Origin: Bacillota bacterium
GTDB lineage: Bacteria; Sysuimicrobiota; Sysuimicrobiia; Sysuimicrobiales; Segetimicrobiaceae
Length of the DNA: 64,000 bases
Assembly (NCBI GenBank): GCA_021324975.1
Contig: JAJPIA010000069.1
Span: forward strand, 5,020-69,019
Reading direction: 5' to 3'
Shown here: positions 59,098-64,000 of the stretch, piece after piece
Numbering within the stretch: position 1 is the stretch's first letter
Layout: each line of letters starts with the position of its first letter
Made by a program: the position numbers and the translations under genes
The notes under the pieces: generated by a model
Database searches by the model: none
What the model was told of the DNA's origin: nothing
What the model saw: only the letters and a program-made list of their open reading frames with translations

Positions 59098-59182
59098 TTC
59101 GCTGGGCTGCCTTTGCAGCCCGCGCTGGGCTCTCCGGCAATCAGTTGTGGCCGAGGATCGGGCGCGGCCGGGCCACCTCCAA

Positions 59183-59758
59183 TCAGGGCGCGCCCCGCAT
59201 GTGGTAATCGAGCAGCGATGCGGCAGCTTCGTAGCGCCAGATCGGTATCTCCCGTCGCTCCCAGGGGGAGCCAACGATCCGTTCAAGCGATGTGCCGCTG
59301 CACCAGTACTCAAGGCCGTATCGTGTCGCGCGGTGTCCGATGATCACGAGCGTCTTCCCGCCCCAACTCCGCAGGGCGTCGCGCAGAACGTCACCCACGC
59401 GCTCAACGGCGGCGGTCAGGCTTTCACCGCCTGGAAATGGCTCGGCGAGATGACCGAGCAGCCGGGCATGCACCTCAGCGCTAGGATACTGCGCCAGGAT
59501 GCCATAATCACACTCGCGCAGTCGAGCATCCCGGATTATCGGCACGTCGCGACTAGAGAAAGCGAGTTCAGCGGTTCTGGATGCGCGCTGAAGGTCCGAG
59601 CAGAAGACGGCATCGATCGCGCAATGTGCATAATGCCGTGCCAATTCGCCGGCTTCGAGCAGACCACGTTCCGACAGTGGAACGTCGGCGTGCCCGGATG
59701 CCCGCCCCAATTCGTTGTCAAGGCTAGTCATATGTGGCGAGTAGTAAACGGTCGTCAC
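59183..59758 (-). CDS. Histidine phosphatase (phosphoglycerate mutase-like) family protein
   Basis: Histidine-phosphatase fold; no secretion signal. Confidence 0.7.
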   Translation of the reverse strand: MTTVYYSPHMTSLDNELGRASGHADVPLSERGLLEAGELARHYAHCAIDAVFCSDLQRASRTAELAFSSRDVPIIRDARLRECDYGILAQYPSAEVHARLLGHLAEPFPGGESLTAAVERVGDVLRDALRSWGGKTLVIIGHRATRYGLEYWCSGTSLERIVGSPWERREIPIWRYEAAASLLDYHMRGAP

Positions 59759-60006
59759 GCGTTACTCCCGATGGGGCGCGTGACGTGTGGAGAGACCCTG
59801 AACCCAGTGGACAGGGCGCCACGCGAGGTACCCGGCGTTGTACACGATGAGCGCTGCTAACCCGAGCAGCAACGATGATGGTCAGGTGCCGCACATCCCT
59901 CGATCTTTCAACATCTTCCAGGTGAGTGGTTGTTTGAACATGGCATCTCCTCCGGTCGCGAATATTGCTACCTTTTGCTCCGGCCACCGCCGCTCGCTCC
60001 TGCCCG

Positions 60007-60702
60007 TTACTTGACCGAGATCGTTGCCCCCGTCGGGGGCTGAACCGTCGCGCTCTGTGCCGTCGGCGAGATGATCAAGTAGTCCCACATGCCGGCCTGC
60101 GCGTGCCCCAGGGCGCCGCACAGAAATTCGTACTTGCCGGCCGTCGCGGCCACAAACGACACGGTTTCTTCCTGCCCAGGTCCGATGCCATCGACGGCAT
60201 CCTTCGTTGATGCCCCGGGAAAGGCCGGATCCGGAGCCTTGTCGGGTTGCGTGCCCGCGAACGGCGCCACATCGAGACTGTGCCGTAGATTCCCGTCGTT
60301 GCGGTAGTGGATCAGCAATTTCCATCCTACCGGCACGGTGATCGTCAGCGCGCCCTTCCCGTAGCCGTTGAAGTTGAATCCACCGTTTGCTTCGGTCTTG
60401 CTCGCTACCAGCGTCAACTCCGCGGTCTTTTGAACCGCCGGCCGGCCATGTGTCGGACCGGCCACGATCGCCAAGGCAACCAGCAGCCCACCGATCGCTG
60501 TGCGTCGGGACCGCCAGGCGAACCGTCCGGGCCGGACCGCGCTCCTCCGCACCGCGTCCGAAGATCGTGCCGGCGTGTGCGTGCGCCGACCCGTTTCCCC
60601 GGAACCCCCGCCGCCATCGGCCGCCCCGGGGTGGTGAAGGGGGACGTTGCCAGTCCCGAGGCGGCCGTTGCTCGGCGGCTCGACCACTAGCCAACGGTCC
60701 AT
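60007..60702 (-). CDS. Type-1 (blue) copper cupredoxin-domain protein, secreted/membrane-anchored
   Basis: C-terminal ligand set FLCGALGHAQAGMW (Cys-x3-His-x4-Met) with upstream His; N-terminal hydrophobic anchor; start uncertain. Confidence 0.6.
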   Translation of the reverse strand: MDRWLVVEPPSNGRLGTGNVPLHHPGAADGGGGSGETGRRTHTPARSSDAVRRSAVRPGRFAWRSRRTAIGGLLVALAIVAGPTHGRPAVQKTAELTLVASKTEANGGFNFNGYGKGALTITVPVGWKLLIHYRNDGNLRHSLDVAPFAGTQPDKAPDPAFPGASTKDAVDGIGPGQEETVSFVAATAGKYEFLCGALGHAQAGMWDYLIISPTAQSATVQPPTGATISVK

Positions 60703-60711
60703 GCGGACGTG

Positions 60712-61539
60712 TTACCGCACATTCACCGTGACCTGGTCGGCCACTTCCGGCATCAACGGCTCATGGAGCGTATCGACCAGGAACGCGTAGAATGTATGCT
60801 TGCCCTTGCTCATGCCTTCCGTCGAGACGTTCACGTAATTCGTGCAGCTCATGTTCAGCATCGTCGCCATGCCCATCATCGGACCTTTCATCGTGTCGAC
60901 GTTCACGTGCCAGTGCCCGGCGTTCGCCACCTTCGGCTTGCCGTAGAGGTCACATGACAGGAGGAAGTTGTTCGCCGTAATTACGAGCGGGAACCCGCCG
61001 TGGACCGTGGCGCCGCTCTTCGGGTAGATGATATGAATGCTGGGCTTGCCCGGCGGCCCCGACTGGATCCACGGCATCGCCGCAACCGGTTCATAGTCGA
61101 TCTTGACGGATGTTTTCGCCTTCTCGACTTCGGCGTGGTCATTCTCCGCCGGCACCACCGCAATCGTGTGGGTCCCGGGCTTCACGTTCTGCATGCTGAC
61201 TTCGGCCGGACCGCAGAACATGTTGACCAGGGCGCCGTCGATATAGACGTGGTAATGACCGGTCCCGGGCGTCACAGCCGTGCCGGCGAGATTGCAATTG
61301 AGTTTCCAATTGGTGAATTCCGGCACGACATCCACAACGGGCTGGTTGACGAGTTGCCCGTCGGTCGGCAGCAGGATCTTCGTCGTAACACTCTCCTGCG
61401 GCATCTGCATCTGCGCGGATACGCCGCTTTCGCCCAGGAGTGCCAACCCTAGCACCAGGACCGTCGCGGAAGCCGCCCACAACCCGCGGCCCATGCGACG
61501 GGACACCCTGAATCCATGCCTTGGAGGATCCTGGTCCAT
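60712..61539 (-). CDS. Secreted protein with two tandem domains each carrying a G-H-x-H-V-x-[IV]-D motif (possible metal-binding; DUF4399-like, uncertain)
   Basis: Signal peptide; internal duplication (GHYHVYIDG / GHWHVNVD). Confidence 0.5.
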   Translation of the reverse strand: MDQDPPRHGFRVSRRMGRGLWAASATVLVLGLALLGESGVSAQMQMPQESVTTKILLPTDGQLVNQPVVDVVPEFTNWKLNCNLAGTAVTPGTGHYHVYIDGALVNMFCGPAEVSMQNVKPGTHTIAVVPAENDHAEVEKAKTSVKIDYEPVAAMPWIQSGPPGKPSIHIIYPKSGATVHGGFPLVITANNFLLSCDLYGKPKVANAGHWHVNVDTMKGPMMGMATMLNMSCTNYVNVSTEGMSKGKHTFYAFLVDTLHEPLMPEVADQVTVNVR

Positions 61540-61599
61540 GCGCCACCCCCTTTGTCATACTCCAACCGCACCATACCAGGAGATTGATGCGTTCGTTCG

Positions 61600-62109
61600 C
61601 TACTCACGGCTGAGCGCAACGGACCGCCGTGGGCGGCGATTGCGATCGCGGCCTGCCAAGTCGACCCTATCCGAGACCACCGCGCACGGCATCGCAATGG
61701 CGCGGAGGGCCTGCCACGTCCCCGCGGTAAGCCCCAGCCCGGCGCCGATCACGGGGATCCAGAACCAGCGGTGAATCGCGGCATTGACACCGAGCAACGT
61801 GACCCCGGAGACGCCGAGCAGCGATAGCGCGGCAGGCCAGAGCAGCGGTGTGCAGCACGAAGCCCCGAGGAACGCAAACACGACCCCGGTCGCGGTTATA
61901 CCTGCTCCCGATCGCCCAAGCCGCAGTCGGAGCGCACTGGTATGCACGACCCCGGCGACCCCGGCCAGGAGCGCCGTGCCGGCGAAAATCGCGACCTTGG
62001 CCGGCGTCGCCAGCAGCACGACTCCGCCGCCCTGGCCGGTCGCCAGCATCTGGCCGCTCATGGCAAACAACCATCCGGCGATGAGCGCGACCGCGGCGCC
62101 CGAAATCAT
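61600..62109 (-). CDS. MerT-like membrane protein with vicinal Cys pair (LGASCCTPLL)
   Basis: Several TM helices; CC motif in a TM segment as in MerT; start set at internal Met to avoid overlap. Confidence 0.4.
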   Translation of the reverse strand: MISGAAVALIAGWLFAMSGQMLATGQGGGVVLLATPAKVAIFAGTALLAGVAGVVHTSALRLRLGRSGAGITATGVVFAFLGASCCTPLLWPAALSLLGVSGVTLLGVNAAIHRWFWIPVIGAGLGLTAGTWQALRAIAMPCAVVSDRVDLAGRDRNRRPRRSVALSRE

Positions 62110-62147
62110 GGCCCATCGATCGCTAAACGCAAGCGCGAGCGCGGCTT

Positions 62148-62864
62148 TCAATGGAATTGGGCCTCCATGGTCCGCACGGCTGGCGTCCCGCATGCCGTCG
62201 CCGGCGTGTCCTTATCGGCAAAACAGATGAGCGCCGTCACGATGTCCGCCTCGTGCCGGATCGCCGCCCCGTCGGGCGCGCCTGCCGCGAGGTCGCTCCG
62301 CACCTGGTCGAAACTCTTGTGTACCAGGAGGCCGGGTGAATATCCGGAACCGTGTTCCGCGAATGCTCCGGCAATCAACAGGAACGGTATCCCCCCGTCG
62401 GGATCGAAACGGTTGACGAGCGCCGCCTCGTTTGGCGCCAAGGGTTGCAGCGGACGACCCTGCGCGTCCTGAACATCGCGTGCCGTGAACGCCACCCACC
62501 GGCTCGTGTAGCGGGCGTGGACGAAATTATAGGTGGGGATCGCGGAAAAGCCCTCAACCCCGCTCGTGCTCTCAGCCGGCGCGAGGCTGGACCAAGTCCC
62601 AAAGCGACCGAGCGCATCGACCAGAGCCCAACGCTCCGCCGCGCAGAACGGGCAATACAGGGCGCTGAGAAGAAACACGGTCACGGGCCGGCCGGGTGTC
62701 ACGCTTGGCTGGGCCACGCGCGTGAAATTGCCGATCGCCCCTGCGGCCTCTCCCGGGACGAGCGGCACACCCGGTCCCGCGAGCAGACAGATGCCGAGGG
62801 CGAATCCTGCCATCGCCGCGATCCACCTCGGCACGGCGAAGCTTCTGCGTTCGCTCGTCATCAT
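62148..62864 (-). CDS. Thioredoxin-like protein with CPFC motif (DUF929-like, uncertain), membrane-anchored/secreted
   Basis: N-terminal hydrophobic segment; SALYCPFCAAERW. Confidence 0.5.
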   Translation of the reverse strand: MMTSERRSFAVPRWIAAMAGFALGICLLAGPGVPLVPGEAAGAIGNFTRVAQPSVTPGRPVTVFLLSALYCPFCAAERWALVDALGRFGTWSSLAPAESTSGVEGFSAIPTYNFVHARYTSRWVAFTARDVQDAQGRPLQPLAPNEAALVNRFDPDGGIPFLLIAGAFAEHGSGYSPGLLVHKSFDQVRSDLAAGAPDGAAIRHEADIVTALICFADKDTPATACGTPAVRTMEAQFH

Positions 62865-62904
62865 TACCTCCTAAGAACCAAGAGAGGAACAACACCCACG
62901 GCAC

Positions 62905-63726
62905 TCACGGGCGCCCGGCGATACCGTGGCGGTAAACAGAGACACCAGGGACACCACCTCCCCGCTCGGCACCGTCATTCTCAGGCACGGGCACGCGCGT
63001 ATCGCTCCGCGCGTCCTGGACGCCGGGCTGCCCGGCGGGCATTTTGTACCCCACCCCTCGTACGGTCTGAATATATTGCGGATGGACCGGGTCGTCGGCG
63101 AGCTTCTCGCGGAGTTTGCCGATGTGTGCATCAATTGTCCGTTCCTCAACCTCGGCTTCTGTGAACGGGTGCACGTGCGCGAGGAGTTGTTCGCGCGTGA
63201 AGACCTGTCCCGGGGACTCCAGGAACGCCTGCAGGAGCTTGAACTCCATGGCCGTGAGAGGTAGCGGCCGTCCGTCGATCGAGACCTCATGACGATCAAC
63301 TCGCATAAGGAGAGTACCGTGCTCGAGCACTGGGCCGTCGCGTTGCGGCGTCGTTCGGCGCAGGATCGCCCGCATGCGTGCAATGAGTTCCCGCGGGCTA
63401 AACGGCTTCGTGAGGTAGCCGTCGGCACCCGCTGACAACCCCCGCAGCCGGTCTTCTTCCTCAACCTTGGCGGAGAGCATCAAGATCGGGACGCGGGAGC
63501 GCTCGCGTAGGATGCGGCACACCGTCAGACCATCCATGCGCGGCAGCATGACATCGAGAATGATGAATCCAGGATGGTACTGCGCCACCAGGTCGAGCGC
63601 GTGCACCCCGTCGTCGGCGGTCACGACGCGGAACCCGTCCCGTACCAAGTAGATCCGGAGTAGCGCGGTGAGCTTCCGGTCGTCGTCGACGACGAGAACC
63701 ACGATCGGGTCTGAGGTTAGACTCAT
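62905..63726 (-). CDS. OmpR-family response regulator (REC + winged-helix) with ~45-aa C-terminal extension
   Basis: REC motifs (VVDDD, ILDVMLPRMDG, LSAK) and trans_reg_C (TVRGVGYK); ATG 63726. Confidence 0.8.
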   Translation of the reverse strand: MSLTSDPIVVLVVDDDRKLTALLRIYLVRDGFRVVTADDGVHALDLVAQYHPGFIILDVMLPRMDGLTVCRILRERSRVPILMLSAKVEEEDRLRGLSAGADGYLTKPFSPRELIARMRAILRRTTPQRDGPVLEHGTLLMRVDRHEVSIDGRPLPLTAMEFKLLQAFLESPGQVFTREQLLAHVHPFTEAEVEERTIDAHIGKLREKLADDPVHPQYIQTVRGVGYKMPAGQPGVQDARSDTRVPVPENDGAERGGGVPGVSVYRHGIAGRP

Positions 63727-64000
63727 CGATGAGAGGCCGGGGGTGGTGAGCCGCTCTGAAGGGCGCTGAGCGACGCCAAGGTGGAATTGAAGAGCGCGAA
63801 CAACCATCCCAAAATCACGATCAGCCCGCCCACGGCGAACGTCCCCGGGGGCATCACGATCCCGTAGGCGCCGTCGACCGAGATCGCCCCGGGGCCACCG
63901 GCGACGGCCACCGACGCAGCGACAGCCAGGTTGATCATGGGGAGTTCGAATCCGCCGGTGGCCGTCCACACCTTCGGCCAGTGGACCTTCGCGATCGCTG
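63723..64000 (-). CDS. DoxX-family membrane protein, partial (N-terminus beyond window end)
   Basis: C-terminal TM-rich fragment; stop overlaps response-regulator start. Confidence 0.45.
   Translation of the reverse strand, partial: AIAKVHWPKVWTATGGFELPMINLAVAASVAVAGGPGAISVDGAYGIVMPPGTFAVGGLIVILGWLFALFNSTLASLSALQSGSPPPASHR

Noticed and set aside
1-64000. CRISPR arrays, IS elements/transposases, rRNA genes
   Set aside because: Scanned for spaced direct repeats, terminal inverted repeats with transposase-like ORFs, and rRNA-like conserved stretches. None recognised. The only tandem repeat is the 2 x 15-bp unit at 1173-1202.

Overview
High-GC (~70%) bacterial chromosomal window with GGAGG-type Shine-Dalgarno sites and frequent GTG/TTG starts, most consistent with an Actinobacteria-like or Thermus/Rubrobacter-like genome. 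It is densely coding on both strands. Recognisable genes: phosphosulfolactate synthase-like, a cytoplasmic class-A beta-lactamase-fold hydrolase, tRNA-His(GTG), an FAD/Fe-S oxidase operon (FAD-linked oxidase fused to a CCG/4Fe-4S domain, DAO-type flavoprotein, VOC protein), pterin-4a-carbinolamine dehydratase, soluble transhydrogenase SthA, a GH63 glycosidase, GH31 alpha-glucosidase with a sugar ABC system, an Fe(III)-type ABC SBP plus fused permease, three GGDEF proteins (two GAF-GGDEF paralogs and an M24-peptidase/GGDEF fusion ORF), a STAS protein, a chromate-resistance cluster (chrA, chrB, stand-alone ChrB C-terminal domain paralog, LMW-PTP/ArsC-like), two PNPOx/F420-type split-barrel proteins, an amino-acid ABC operon with a class IV aminotransferase, a GntR regulator, and a putative metal/redox cluster (cupredoxin, tandem HxH secreted protein, MerT-like CC membrane protein, CPFC thioredoxin-like protein, OmpR response regulator, DoxX). 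The most unusual locus is a two-gene operon (31587..40205) encoding giant proteins of ~1545 and ~1304 aa with no recognisable motifs. It sits behind a near-consensus sigma70-like promoter overlapped by a perfect palindromic operator and next to a lower-GC patch carrying a GlsB/YeaQ gene and a gene remnant. No CRISPR array or IS element was recognised. Many long ORFs in the six-frame track are antisense shadows sharing wobble positions with real genes and are rejected. Coordinates for trimmed starts were derived by residue counting from the ORF track and spot-checked against the sequence.
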